From: Candidatus Iainarchaeum sp.
GTDB taxonomy: Archaea; Iainarchaeota; Iainarchaeia; Iainarchaeales; VGJJ01
Length of the DNA: 32,000 nucleotides
Assembly: GCA_030688545.1 (NCBI GenBank)
Contig: JAUYHT010000002.1
Coordinates: 60,001-92,000, forward strand
Direction of reading: 5' to 3'
Positions within the stretch are counted from its first letter, which is position 1, and every line of letters begins with the position of its first letter. A model generated the notes under the pieces. The model saw nothing but the letters and a program-made list of their open reading frames with translations, had not been told where the DNA came from and ran no database searches. This document shows positions 7,744-16,042 of this stretch, piece after piece. The position numbers and the translations under genes are program-made.

Positions 7744-9888
7744 ATGCATCTCCTCGACGTGTTCATCCATGAACGCACGCTGTATATTTGGACGCAGGAC
7801 GCGGAAGGAAAAAACACGTTTTACCCGCATGCCTTCCAACCCATCATTTTCTTCCACCCTTATAATGAAACGAAAGCGCGCTGGGTGTTCAACGCGTGCC
7901 GCGTGGAAAAGACCACGCGCAATGACTTCGTGAGGAAAACCATTCCAGTACTCAAGATCACCTTCCCTTCCATTGCGCATTTCATGGAAAACATGCCCGC
8001 CCTGGAGCATCGTCTTCGGGGACAAGGGATTTTCTACCACGTCGATCTCCCCCTCCCCGAAATGTTCCTCTTCGAACATGGGTTGATGCCCCTGGGAAAA
8101 GTGGAGCTGAGCACGGATGAAAAAGGAAGATTGAAAACCATCCGGTGTGCCGAAGACGAGGAAGCGTTGGATTACGCATTACCATGTTGGAAAATACTCG
8201 AGCTGGAGGTGGAAATGGAAAATGGTTGCCCCATTGCGGTGCGGGCCAATGGGCAGACTTTTCAAAAGGAAGAAGCCGGGGCATTCGCCTCCTTTTTCGA
8301 GGAGGAAAACCCGGATCTGATCCTCCTCCATAGCCCTCCTGGTACGCTCATCCCCCTCCTGGAATGGGTGAGGCATAATCGGCCTTCCTTCACGTTCTCC
8401 CGCGTGGGGAAGGATCAGTTTACCCTGCGTGAAAAGAGCTACTTCTCCTATGGTAAAACCTATTTCCGACCCGGCATCCTCTCTTTGAAAGGCCGCCACC
8501 TCATCGCAGACTACCCCCATGAAGGGGAGGGGGATGAATTCACCCTCCTATCCTACATCGAGGGGGCACGGGTGTGCCGGCGGACTCTGCAAGCGTTGGT
8601 CGCCCATTCGGTGGGGAATGCCAGCAACAACCGGCTCCTCTACGAGGCCTACCGGAGGGGGTATCTCATCCCCTACAAAGTAGGGATATACGAGCGCATC
8701 AAGCCCTTCTCCTTCCTCCTCGAGAACGACCGGGGGCCGTTTACGTATGAGCCTCTCATTGGGTTCCATTCGCAAGTGTACGAATTGGATTTCGCGTCGA
8801 TGTACCCTTCCATTATGGCCGCCTATAATCTTTCCCCCGAAAAATTCCGCTGTGCCTGCTGTCCCCTGGAACCCATTCTCGCCACCGGGTATTCGTTTTG
8901 CCGAAAGAAGAAAGGGATTGTTCCCCGGGTGTGCGCCTATCTCATCCGGAGGCGCCAGGCCTACAAGCAGCGCGACGACAGTATTAGCCGGGCCAAAGTA
9001 GCCTACCTCAAATGGCTGCTCGTGGTCATCTTCGGGTACCAGGCGTGCACGCACAAGAAGATCGGCACGATTGAAATTCATGAAACCATTAACGCCATCG
9101 CCCGCGAGACGATGGTGGACACCATTCATTTGGCGGAAGCCCATGGGTTCCGCGTGCTCCACGCCATTGTGGATGCGCTGTATGTAACCAAGAAGAATGC
9201 TCCCATCCAGGATGTGCATGCGCTCATCGTGGACGTGAATGCGAAAACCGGCCTGACCCTGGAGTACAAGCACACCTTTCAACGCATGGCATTCCTTCCC
9301 TCCCTGGTGAATACATCGTTTCCCGTGCCGGGACGCTTTTACGGACTCACCACTAGTGGAAAAATCAAGGCGCGCGGGATCGAGGCCCGGCAGAAAAGCC
9401 AACCCGCGGTGATCAAGAGCATGCAGCGGGACGTGTTGGCGGCCATGGGCCGGCACCCCCGTTCAACTCCTTATGAGCTATTTCGGGACTTGATACCCAT
9501 TCTCCGCCGGCATCTGGATATGCTCCCCTACGCGTTGCCCGAACACTTAGCCTTTACTCTTCGCTTGGGCCGGGAAGAGTATCACACCAACCTCCCCCAG
9601 AAACAGGTCCTAACCCAGCTCCGCGCACAAGGTATTCATCTCAAACCCGGCCAATCCATCCATTATCTCATCCGGGATGCCGGGAAAAAAATCTATATTC
9701 CTCTCTCCTTAGTGAAAGACGGGGTATTCGACCAGGACGCCTACCGCCACCGCCTCAAAAAAGCCTATCTCACCCTCTTTTTACCCATCCACCCCACGAT
9801 GAAAGACATTGATAACCTGCTCGAAGGAAAACGGCAAACGCGGCTGGGGGAATACGTTGAAGTTGAACTAGGGTTGGCGCAAGCATAG
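7744..9888 (+). CDS. polB: Family-B DNA polymerase, divergent (PolB2-like, with degenerate exonuclease and polymerase motifs)
   Basis: The track ORF starts at a GTG at 7717. The ATG at 7744 gives MHLLDVFIHERTLYIW, a typical PolB N-terminus. Motif A is intact (YELDFASMYPSIM). Motif B is degenerate (KWLLVVIFGY against KLLANSFYGY). Motif C reads VLHAIVDALYV where YxDTDS is expected. The KxY region reads GRFYG...GKIKARGIEARQ. The Exo I-like region is ILELEVE and Exo II NxxxFD is absent. Confidence 0.85.
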   Translation: MHLLDVFIHERTLYIWTQDAEGKNTFYPHAFQPIIFFHPYNETKARWVFNACRVEKTTRNDFVRKTIPVLKITFPSIAHFMENMPALEHRLRGQGIFYHVDLPLPEMFLFEHGLMPLGKVELSTDEKGRLKTIRCAEDEEALDYALPCWKILELEVEMENGCPIAVRANGQTFQKEEAGAFASFFEEENPDLILLHSPPGTLIPLLEWVRHNRPSFTFSRVGKDQFTLREKSYFSYGKTYFRPGILSLKGRHLIADYPHEGEGDEFTLLSYIEGARVCRRTLQALVAHSVGNASNNRLLYEAYRRGYLIPYKVGIYERIKPFSFLLENDRGPFTYEPLIGFHSQVYELDFASMYPSIMAAYNLSPEKFRCACCPLEPILATGYSFCRKKKGIVPRVCAYLIRRRQAYKQRDDSISRAKVAYLKWLLVVIFGYQACTHKKIGTIEIHETINAIARETMVDTIHLAEAHGFRVLHAIVDALYVTKKNAPIQDVHALIVDVNAKTGLTLEYKHTFQRMAFLPSLVNTSFPVPGRFYGLTTSGKIKARGIEARQKSQPAVIKSMQRDVLAAMGRHPRSTPYELFRDLIPILRRHLDMLPYALPEHLAFTLRLGREEYHTNLPQKQVLTQLRAQGIHLKPGQSIHYLIRDAGKKIYIPLSLVKDGVFDQDAYRHRLKKAYLTLFLPIHPTMKDIDNLLEGKRQTRLGEYVEVELGLAQA

Positions 9889-10962
9889 CACGCGGGCGGT
9901 GCCGTCTCTCAAACATTCAATCCCTAAGGGCTGAGAGGGGTCGGACAAATTTTTGATGGCTGATTCGATTGGCGCATTCATATCGGGCGTAAAAAAACGA
10001 ACATCATCAAAATGGCCATTAGTGCCACTTATATGATAATACAATAGGAAGGCCCCCGTGAAATCCCCATAGGAGACATCTACTACGGAAGGCCCAATTG
10101 GAGACCCGTTTAAAAGTATCTTCCAATTTCCAGCATCGTCACGATTGGCACCAATGGTATATTCAATCCCCGTTGATAAATTCAAAAAACCAGTTGATAA
10201 AATCTGTTGGCTATTTCCATTCGTTACACGATGAAAATCCAAATATGATTGCGACCCATTCTGATATAACCGCAACAAATACCCATCATAAACGGTCGCG
10301 GAAGTGTTTGAAATAGCAAGAACTAATTGATCGGTAAAATTACTTGAGATTACCTTCGATTCCATGGATAATGGAATAGAATTTATGTTTATTGGCGTGG
10401 ACAACTGGTTATTACCTACACTATTTGCTCTAAGTTTTGCTGACCCTCCATTTTGAACAACAGACCAAGAGCCATTCAAAACCGTCCAAGGAGGATTCGA
10501 TGTATAATCTAAATCTTCAAAATCGTCGTAAACTGAAAAAACAGTGGTTGGTGGGGTTCCTAAAAAGCTGCCTTCACAGTATCCAAAGAATAAGATATCA
10601 TTTTCATCTTCGCAAAATGCAGTATTTTCATTAGGATTTGAGTTAATTATTTCATACAAATTACTGCGAGAGATCCCAATTGGAATGGTGTTTATTCGTT
10701 CATCTAAATCCGACACATTTTCGTCTAATACTTGCAGATGGGCTTGCGTGTCGCCCTTGAAGCCTAAGAAATCCGCGCCCAAGGATGCCAGGTCATTCAC
10801 CACTTCGTCCAGTCGATCCGAGAGGGTGTCGACGGCGGTGCAAAGAAACTGCAATGCGGGTGAACAGAAGGCCTCTGTTTCGGCGATGGAAACCGCTTGG
10901 GCCCCCGCGAATGGGGCCAATAGCACCAGGAGGATTAGGAGAAAGCGCCGCATATCGTCCAT
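9868..10962 (-). CDS. Secreted protein: signal peptide, short coiled-coil region, concanavalin/LamG-like beta-sandwich with many N-glycosylation sequons
   Basis: The track ORF extends to 11109, but the signal peptide MDDMRRFLLILLVLLAPFAGAQA starts at M50 (10962), which removes the overlap with 11004..11336. The C-terminal part (DDFEDLDYTSNPPWTVLNGSWSVVQNG ... GHFDDVRFF) resembles LamG/DUF1080-type lectin folds. There are at least 8 NxS/T sites. Confidence 0.6.
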   Translation of the reverse strand: MDDMRRFLLILLVLLAPFAGAQAVSIAETEAFCSPALQFLCTAVDTLSDRLDEVVNDLASLGADFLGFKGDTQAHLQVLDENVSDLDERINTIPIGISRSNLYEIINSNPNENTAFCEDENDILFFGYCEGSFLGTPPTTVFSVYDDFEDLDYTSNPPWTVLNGSWSVVQNGGSAKLRANSVGNNQLSTPININSIPLSMESKVISSNFTDQLVLAISNTSATVYDGYLLRLYQNGSQSYLDFHRVTNGNSQQILSTGFLNLSTGIEYTIGANRDDAGNWKILLNGSPIGPSVVDVSYGDFTGAFLLYYHISGTNGHFDDVRFFTPDMNAPIESAIKNLSDPSQPLGIECLRDGTARVLCLRQP

Positions 10963-11003
10963 TCGCTGCTCTTCATATTTAATGCTTGGGATCTTAGCCC
11001 CCC

Positions 11004-11336
11004 TTACCCATAAAGGGGTATAGGCGCCGATAAGAAAGCCCAAATACCAAGGATCCAAAGAATGATGAATCCCAATAGCCGTATCTTCCCGGAGGGATGG
11101 ATGTTCCACTTCTTATCCACGAATTCGGTGACGGAAGGCAATCCCACCAATCCGGCGGCGCCGATAGCGAGGGCGGAAAGGATCACGAATGGGTGTGACA
11201 CGTATGGATTAGTGAATTGCAGAATAGCCACGAAGGACCAGAGGGATATCACTAACGAGATGCCCCCCGCGCATTCCTGAACAACACGAGAGAGGAAAGT
11301 TTTCCGGGATAGGGGATCCGTTTTCTTTACAACCAT
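11004..11336 (-). CDS. Small integral membrane protein (3 TM), hypothetical
   Basis: 110-aa ORF with hydrophobic segments ISLVISLWSFVAIL, FVILSALAIGAAGLVGL and LLGFIILWILGIWAFL. Confidence 0.5.
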   Translation of the reverse strand: MVVKKTDPLSRKTFLSRVVQECAGGISLVISLWSFVAILQFTNPYVSHPFVILSALAIGAAGLVGLPSVTEFVDKKWNIHPSGKIRLLGFIILWILGIWAFLSAPIPLYG

Positions 11337-11393
11337 GGGTGGGGGAACCTTTTAGCATTAATAAAAGGTCTGGTTTGGGAGCGAAATGAAAAG

Positions 11394-11891
11394 TCACTCC
11401 GAGGGGGGAATGACATTCAGTTTGATAGTCTTCCCGGGATTGTTCATGAAGCCAATGGGCATTTCGGCAACGAGTTTCCAGGTATATTGATGGTGCTCCC
11501 GGTTGCCGGTGAGGGCCCCAATCATCTGCCCGGCTTGGATGACTTTATCAAATCCCCCTCCCGGAAGGGGCAGAGGTTGTTTCCTGGGAAACACATCCTT
11601 GGGGATGGTGATCTGAAATGGATAGACGTAGGGGTGGGGGGCGGGAGTGAAGGCCTTTTCCTTTTCAAGCGGCAGGATGAAATGGAACAAAGGAATACGC
11701 TGGTACGTGTTGCGCCCAAATGAATAACCCGATACCAAATCTGATCCATCAAGAGTGATGGAAAGGTTTTTGGGGGTCACCGCATCGTTAATCGTCACGA
11801 GAACCATTCCTTTTACTGTATCCCCCGGGGAAAATTGATAGGTGTCAATCTGGATATCGACCGAGGCTTTGGGTTTTCCGAGCAAACCCAT
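11394..11891 (-). CDS. Arrestin-N/Spo0M-like beta-sandwich protein (tentative)
   Basis: A start at M11 (11891) lies 1 nt after the stop of the upstream gene. The N-terminus KPKASVDIQIDTYQFSPGDTVKGMVLVT ... LSITLDG matches the Spo0M/arrestin-N pattern (A.vd..ld...f..Gd.V.G.v.v). Confidence 0.45.
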   Translation of the reverse strand: MGLLGKPKASVDIQIDTYQFSPGDTVKGMVLVTINDAVTPKNLSITLDGSDLVSGYSFGRNTYQRIPLFHFILPLEKEKAFTPAPHPYVYPFQITIPKDVFPRKQPLPLPGGGFDKVIQAGQMIGALTGNREHHQYTWKLVAEMPIGFMNNPGKTIKLNVIPPSE

Positions 11892-11892
11892 C

Positions 11893-13119
11893 TCAATCCC
11901 CCGCCTGGCGCAGAGCCACATTTATTACCACGAGCGGCCACCCGCCCTGGGAGAGAAACGTTCGAATGTCGGCATCCGAATACCCTTGCCGGCGATACCT
12001 TTGGACATGGGGAATTAATTGCATCACCCGCTCAGCTTGTTCTTCAGGGGATAAGGCCACTGGGGTGGGTTGAGCCACTTTCATGGGAGGGGATTTTGCT
12101 GAAGAAAGGGTTGTGGGGTTGGATGTATTACCTTTAGGAAAAGGAGTGGTTTTCCCTGAAACAAAACTCATTCCTCCTGTCTTGGCCGCGCCCCCTTGGA
12201 AGGCGAGGTAGTTCATGACGTCCCCGCGGTATTCGTTAGAAATATCCATGGGACGCATGATGGTGATATAGAAGAGGGTGAAATACACATTCTTCACCAG
12301 CTCAATGAGACGCGACAAGATGAAACTGACGATGATCATCAATAGCAACATGATAAGGAAAGGCAGAGGATTCCAGGTCATGATTGAGATAATAATGGAT
12401 ACAAATAGACCGAGGAAGAACACCAACGTGAAAGATCCCCGCACCAGATCGCCCACAAAATCAATTCCAAATACGCCCACCAATGCCCCGGGGACATTCT
12501 CTTTGATGTGCTTGATGTCCGGGAGCACCTGGCCCAAAGTCTTGTCTTCGATAATGGCCGCGGGTAAAATGTAATGCCCGATGAGATCCCACCCTTCTTC
12601 AACAATCCGTCCGATGAGGTGAAGGACGATGTTGATGAGTATGACAAAGATTCCCTGACCCCCCGTCCCGCGTTTCAACTGCTTGGCCATCATGTCCGCC
12701 AGAATTTCTAAAATCCCAATGCTCAGGATATCCGACCAATTCTGGCGCGCCCGATTGATACCATCATGGAATGTTGACTTCTGACCGGCGAAGGTTTTGT
12801 ACACGATCCACGATTGGGCGGCTCTATAGTAGGTGCGGAGAAACACGATGAGAAATCTATTCAACATGATGATGAGGAGGATGCCTAACCAGAAGAAGGT
12901 GAGAATAGTTCCCTTCCATTCCCCGCCTACACTCGCGGGATCGCCAAAGAATGCGAGGTACACCCATCCCACCAGGAGAACGATAAAGAGGATATTGATG
13001 AGCGCCGCCCACAGGGAAAACATAAGGGTGGGTGCCAGAATCGCCTTGTTCTTCCCCATGAGGAGGAAGGTGTGCTTCAGCAAACCCCACGTGTCGCGGA
13101 AATTATCAAAGAAACCCAT
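11893..13119 (-). CDS. Polytopic membrane protein (about 6-7 TM) with a small soluble C-terminal domain, hypothetical
   Basis: 408-aa ORF with multiple long hydrophobic segments. A Thr/Ser/Pro linker is followed by EEQAERVMQLIPHVQRYRRQGYSDADIRTFLSQGGW. A TATA box lies 23-30 nt upstream. Confidence 0.6.
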   Translation of the reverse strand: MGFFDNFRDTWGLLKHTFLLMGKNKAILAPTLMFSLWAALINILFIVLLVGWVYLAFFGDPASVGGEWKGTILTFFWLGILLIIMLNRFLIVFLRTYYRAAQSWIVYKTFAGQKSTFHDGINRARQNWSDILSIGILEILADMMAKQLKRGTGGQGIFVILINIVLHLIGRIVEEGWDLIGHYILPAAIIEDKTLGQVLPDIKHIKENVPGALVGVFGIDFVGDLVRGSFTLVFFLGLFVSIIISIMTWNPLPFLIMLLLMIIVSFILSRLIELVKNVYFTLFYITIMRPMDISNEYRGDVMNYLAFQGGAAKTGGMSFVSGKTTPFPKGNTSNPTTLSSAKSPPMKVAQPTPVALSPEEQAERVMQLIPHVQRYRRQGYSDADIRTFLSQGGWPLVVINVALRQAGD

Positions 13120-13141
13120 GCGGGAAGGGATTCACCCCGGG

Positions 13142-13149
13142 TATATAAA
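13142..13149 (-). promoter_or_regulatory. TATA box candidate (TTTATATA on minus strand) for 11893..13119
   Basis: The plus strand reads TATATAAA at 13142-13149, 23-30 nt upstream of the ATG at 13119. This suggests a leaderless or short-leader transcript and a transcription unit separate from 13227..14278. Confidence 0.4.
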
Positions 13150-13226
13150 GGAATATATTTGGATTGGGAGGAGAACCCCCATTAGTATAGGGTGGGGAAC
13201 TCACTTTTTGTTTAGGAAAGGAAAAC

Positions 13227-13679
13227 TCATTCCCCAAACCCTTTCTGCCAGGGGAAAAGTAATTTCCCATCGGGACCCCGTTTGACGAGAGTTTTTCCCG
13301 TTTTGGGATCAACTGGAAATTCATTGAATTCGTAGATATATTCCAATGCTTTCCGCATGAAAAGAATCCGATTAAGTTTCAATTCATTTTTGGAAGTTTT
13401 AGGATCAGCCTTAGCCCAATCGGCATAAATCACTAGTTGGCGTTGCAATTTAATCTTGTTAGCGCCCCGCTCGTCCGATGCATCGGGCCTTCGAAGATAC
13501 CGTTTCCGCAATGTCCCAGAAGCTAAACGGGCATCCTTGCGACCTATCGATTTTGGAAAAGGATGGGTTTTGTCAGTTGCAGGCTTTCGCCTCGAGGGGG
13601 GCTCAGATGCATTACGGGGCTTCCGCACATTTCCCATAAGGGGAAAGAATGCACGGCAGTATAAAACCCCTCTCTTCAA
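13227..13679 (-). CDS. Hypothetical protein with a basic disordered N-terminal half and a small globular C-terminal half
   Basis: 150-aa ORF starting 18 nt after the exonuclease stop. An alternative start is M15 (13637). No family is recognised. Coding status is uncertain. Confidence 0.35.
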   Translation of the reverse strand: MKRGVLYCRAFFPLMGNVRKPRNASEPPSRRKPATDKTHPFPKSIGRKDARLASGTLRKRYLRRPDASDERGANKIKLQRQLVIYADWAKADPKTSKNELKLNRILFMRKALEYIYEFNEFPVDPKTGKTLVKRGPDGKLLFPWQKGFGE

Positions 13680-13699
13680 TAATCCATTTCAGGAGTGAT

Positions 13700-14278
13700 T
13701 CACCAGCGCAGGATATCCGTAATACCCAGGTCTTTCATGCGGGTGTGCATGGCTTGGGTAATCTCAAGGTCCTTGCGCAAATACTCCTGGATTTTGGCAT
13801 GCTCTCCTGCCCAATAGCGTTCCGCGACGCGGGAGCCATCGATGTCATCTATGATAGATAAACCCATGAGGGCCCCGTATTCCTTCAGCTTCCCCCGGGT
13901 GTGGCCATATTTGAACGCAGATAAGGATTCCCTCACATCCACGACTTCCTTGACCACGAAGGGAAGGATCTTCACCTCCTGGATGAAGCTCCGGGTCACG
14001 AGGAATGGAAGATCGAAATCCTTGATGTTGAAACCCACCAATTGGTATGACCCATTCGTTTTTCGGCTTTCCGCGAGGGCCGACCAGAATTGGGTCAAGA
14101 TACTTTTTTCGTCCTCCCCATAAAAAATCTGGGCCTCATTCTCCTTTCTCTTCATTCCAATTGCCACGATGCGCGAATCAATGGGATTCAATAGCTTCTT
14201 CCGCCCCTCCTCGGGCAGGGAAAGATACAGCTCCTTGTCGTTGGGAACGGTCTCGATGTCGAGGTAAAAGAAATCCAT
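13700..14278 (-). CDS. Stand-alone 3'-5' exonuclease of the PolB-exonuclease-like type (DnaQ/RNase H fold, DNA_pol_B_exo2-like)
   Basis: 192 aa with Exo I FYLDIETVPN (D7, E9), Exo II VGFNIKDFDLPFL (N84, D89) and Exo III EYLRKDLEIT (Y166, D170). Confidence 0.8.
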   Translation of the reverse strand: MDFFYLDIETVPNDKELYLSLPEEGRKKLLNPIDSRIVAIGMKRKENEAQIFYGEDEKSILTQFWSALAESRKTNGSYQLVGFNIKDFDLPFLVTRSFIQEVKILPFVVKEVVDVRESLSAFKYGHTRGKLKEYGALMGLSIIDDIDGSRVAERYWAGEHAKIQEYLRKDLEITQAMHTRMKDLGITDILRW

Positions 14279-14412
14279 GAGGAAGAACTGGCGGCGAGTA
14301 ATAAAAGGGTTTGGACGGCGGGGCGCCGACTTATCTCATTGAGAAAAAAACAATTGTTTTTCCCAAAACGACATTGAACGCGATCGGATCCTGGCGAGCA
14401 AGCGAGACCCAC

Positions 14413-14422
14413 TATTTAATAA
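14413..14422 (+). promoter_or_regulatory. TATA box candidate for 14445..15389
   Basis: TATTTAATAA ends 23 nt before the ATG, consistent with a leaderless mRNA. Confidence 0.4.
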
Positions 14423-14444
14423 TCCCAAACGGGATCGCACCTAT

Positions 14445-15389
14445 ATGCGTCCCGCCCTCCTCGTTTCCATTGGGATCCTTTTGCTCCTGGTATCCGGGTG
14501 CCTGGGTCAACCCGCACTCCCAGCGGAGGACCCGGAGGCCGCGAACAAGGCGATCACAGCCTTCCAAAAGGCCAACTCCAATTTCGACACGCACGCCTAC
14601 ACCGTGACCTATATCGTGAACGAACGCGGAAACGTGAAAGAGGTCACCGAGACCAAACAAGGTGACACCACGATGCACATCATCCAGGCCATGAATAACA
14701 TCCAGGCAGTCCAGACCCAAGACCAATACCGTTATTCCGGCTACATCGCCAGCTTGTCCTTTGTGCGCGAGGCATCTGCGGACCAACAGGTCGGTAAACT
14801 TCAATTCAGGGTCGAAGCCAACACCACACAAAAAACCGTCGCCGGACGCACGTGTGACGAGATATCCTTAATCGTGGAAATAACGCCCGCGGGCGGTTGG
14901 CCCATCACGGCATGCATGGACCGCGTCCTCGGCATCCCATTGGAACTCACCGCGGGCTCAGGGGCGGACACATTAACGTTCAGCGCAAAAAGCGTGCGCG
15001 AAGAGGCCACCCAACCCGATACCAGCGGGGAAGCCCCCCAGGTCGGCCAATGCACGCGATTGGGAAATTTTACGATAATCGAGGAAGAACATGATGAGTA
15101 TAATACACAACTCGTGCTCCGCAACGACACCGGTATGAACACTATTTTCAAGAGCGTGCGCGTAAGCGGGAGCCACGCGGGCGGACAAATCTACCCGGAA
15201 CAGGAGGGGATACTCGATGGCGACCAAACGATTCCCTTCCCGGGAATGGGAACCCTCCGCATATCCTATCCCAATCCGCTTGACAGCGGGGCCTACACCC
15301 TCACGTTCATCTTCACGTACGACAGCATGAACGCGTATAACCATTTCAATGATATCATCGCCCAGACCACGTGCGCGGGAAGCGTGTGA
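14445..15389 (+). CDS. Putative lipoprotein / secreted protein, hypothetical
   Basis: The N-terminus MRPALLVSIGILLLLVSGCLGQP has a lipobox-like LVSGC. The remainder is beta-rich with no recognised family. Confidence 0.6.
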   Translation: MRPALLVSIGILLLLVSGCLGQPALPAEDPEAANKAITAFQKANSNFDTHAYTVTYIVNERGNVKEVTETKQGDTTMHIIQAMNNIQAVQTQDQYRYSGYIASLSFVREASADQQVGKLQFRVEANTTQKTVAGRTCDEISLIVEITPAGGWPITACMDRVLGIPLELTAGSGADTLTFSAKSVREEATQPDTSGEAPQVGQCTRLGNFTIIEEEHDEYNTQLVLRNDTGMNTIFKSVRVSGSHAGGQIYPEQEGILDGDQTIPFPGMGTLRISYPNPLDSGAYTLTFIFTYDSMNAYNHFNDIIAQTTCAGSV

Positions 15390-15464
15390 GATTCGATAGA
15401 GCGCATCGGCATTGGCTCATACGGAAAAAGGATGATGATTCCATCAAATTTGTAGAAAAAGTAA

Positions 15465-15477
15465 AGGTTGGAAGCAT
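15465..15477 (+). repeat. Copy A of 13-nt motif AGGTTGGAAGCAT
   Basis: Exact 13-nt identity with 16677-16689. Coordinates were anchored on track ORF 15371..15640 (KVKVGSI). Confidence 0.9.
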
Positions 15478-15887
15478 TCGAATGTCGGGATCTGTTTTTC
15501 CTCTGTGGAAGGATTTTGGGATTCTTTGGAGTTTTTTCCTGAGGGTTTGCCGAAGACTTAGAATTCACCAAAAAATTATGCCGAATAGGAAAGACGGTCC
15601 AGCTTTATCCTCAAATCAAAACTCGGCCCCGTTTGTTTGAGAAAATAGGATTTTGGAACGGGTTGTATTACTATGTAAAAATGCGATTTTTGAGAATGAT
15701 TGGAGAAATATAGTATGAAATACTATAAATGTGGGATGAGAAAGAGGATCCATCTCCCACATTCTACCTTCGCTATGCTTATTTGATTCCACTCCTCTTG
15801 TAAGCGATGCCCAAAAGCGAGATGTATGCACGCTTCAAAAAGGATTGACCGGCTTGGGTACGGCGGTCGTAAATAGGTTTAGAAAAA

Positions 15888-16040
15888 CTATATTTTCTCC
15901 AATAAACGGATAAGGGCTTTGTTTTCTCTCATTACTTTATCAATAATGTGCTCCGCTTCTTCGACCGACATGATTCTACCCTTGAATCTCGATTTTGGTC
16001 GGGAAATACTTGCCGCACGAGCCATTTTTGATGTCTCCAT
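15888..16040 (-). CDS. Small ORF (50 aa) immediately downstream of doc; candidate cognate partner or antitoxin
   Basis: Not in the ORF track (under 60 aa). The ATG at 16040 lies 2 nt after the doc stop (16043-16045) and the TAG at 15888-15890. Translation: METSKMARAASISRPKSRFKGRIMSVEEAEHIIDKVMRENKALIRLLEKI. No family is recognised. Confidence 0.4.
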   Translation of the reverse strand: METSKMARAASISRPKSRFKGRIMSVEEAEHIIDKVMRENKALIRLLEKI

Positions 16041-16042
16041 AG

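Noticed and set aside
7833-7841. Partial (9-nt) match CTTCCAACC to the 16S-flank motif inside polB
   Set aside because: It is only 9 of 12 nt, lies within coding sequence (AFQP) and is consistent with chance.
8548-9456. 302-aa minus-strand ORF, and several other ORFs of 60-113 aa, inside polB
   Set aside because: It is entirely antisense to a gene with clear family-B polymerase motifs. The composition is Gly/Arg/His/Pro-rich, typical of shadow frames in GC-rich coding DNA, and there are no motifs.
15431-15541. Possible C/D-box sRNA (GATGATGA at about 15431-15438)
   Set aside because: No CTGA D' or D box lies at the 12-nt guide spacing. The nearest CTGA is about 100 nt away, so the box architecture is not satisfied.
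15293-15831. ORFs 15371..15640(+), 15293..15571(-) and 15616..15831(-) in the AT-rich spacer
   Set aside because: They are low-complexity, mutually overlapping and partly overlap the lipoprotein gene end. There are no motifs, and the stretch is more likely non-coding island DNA.
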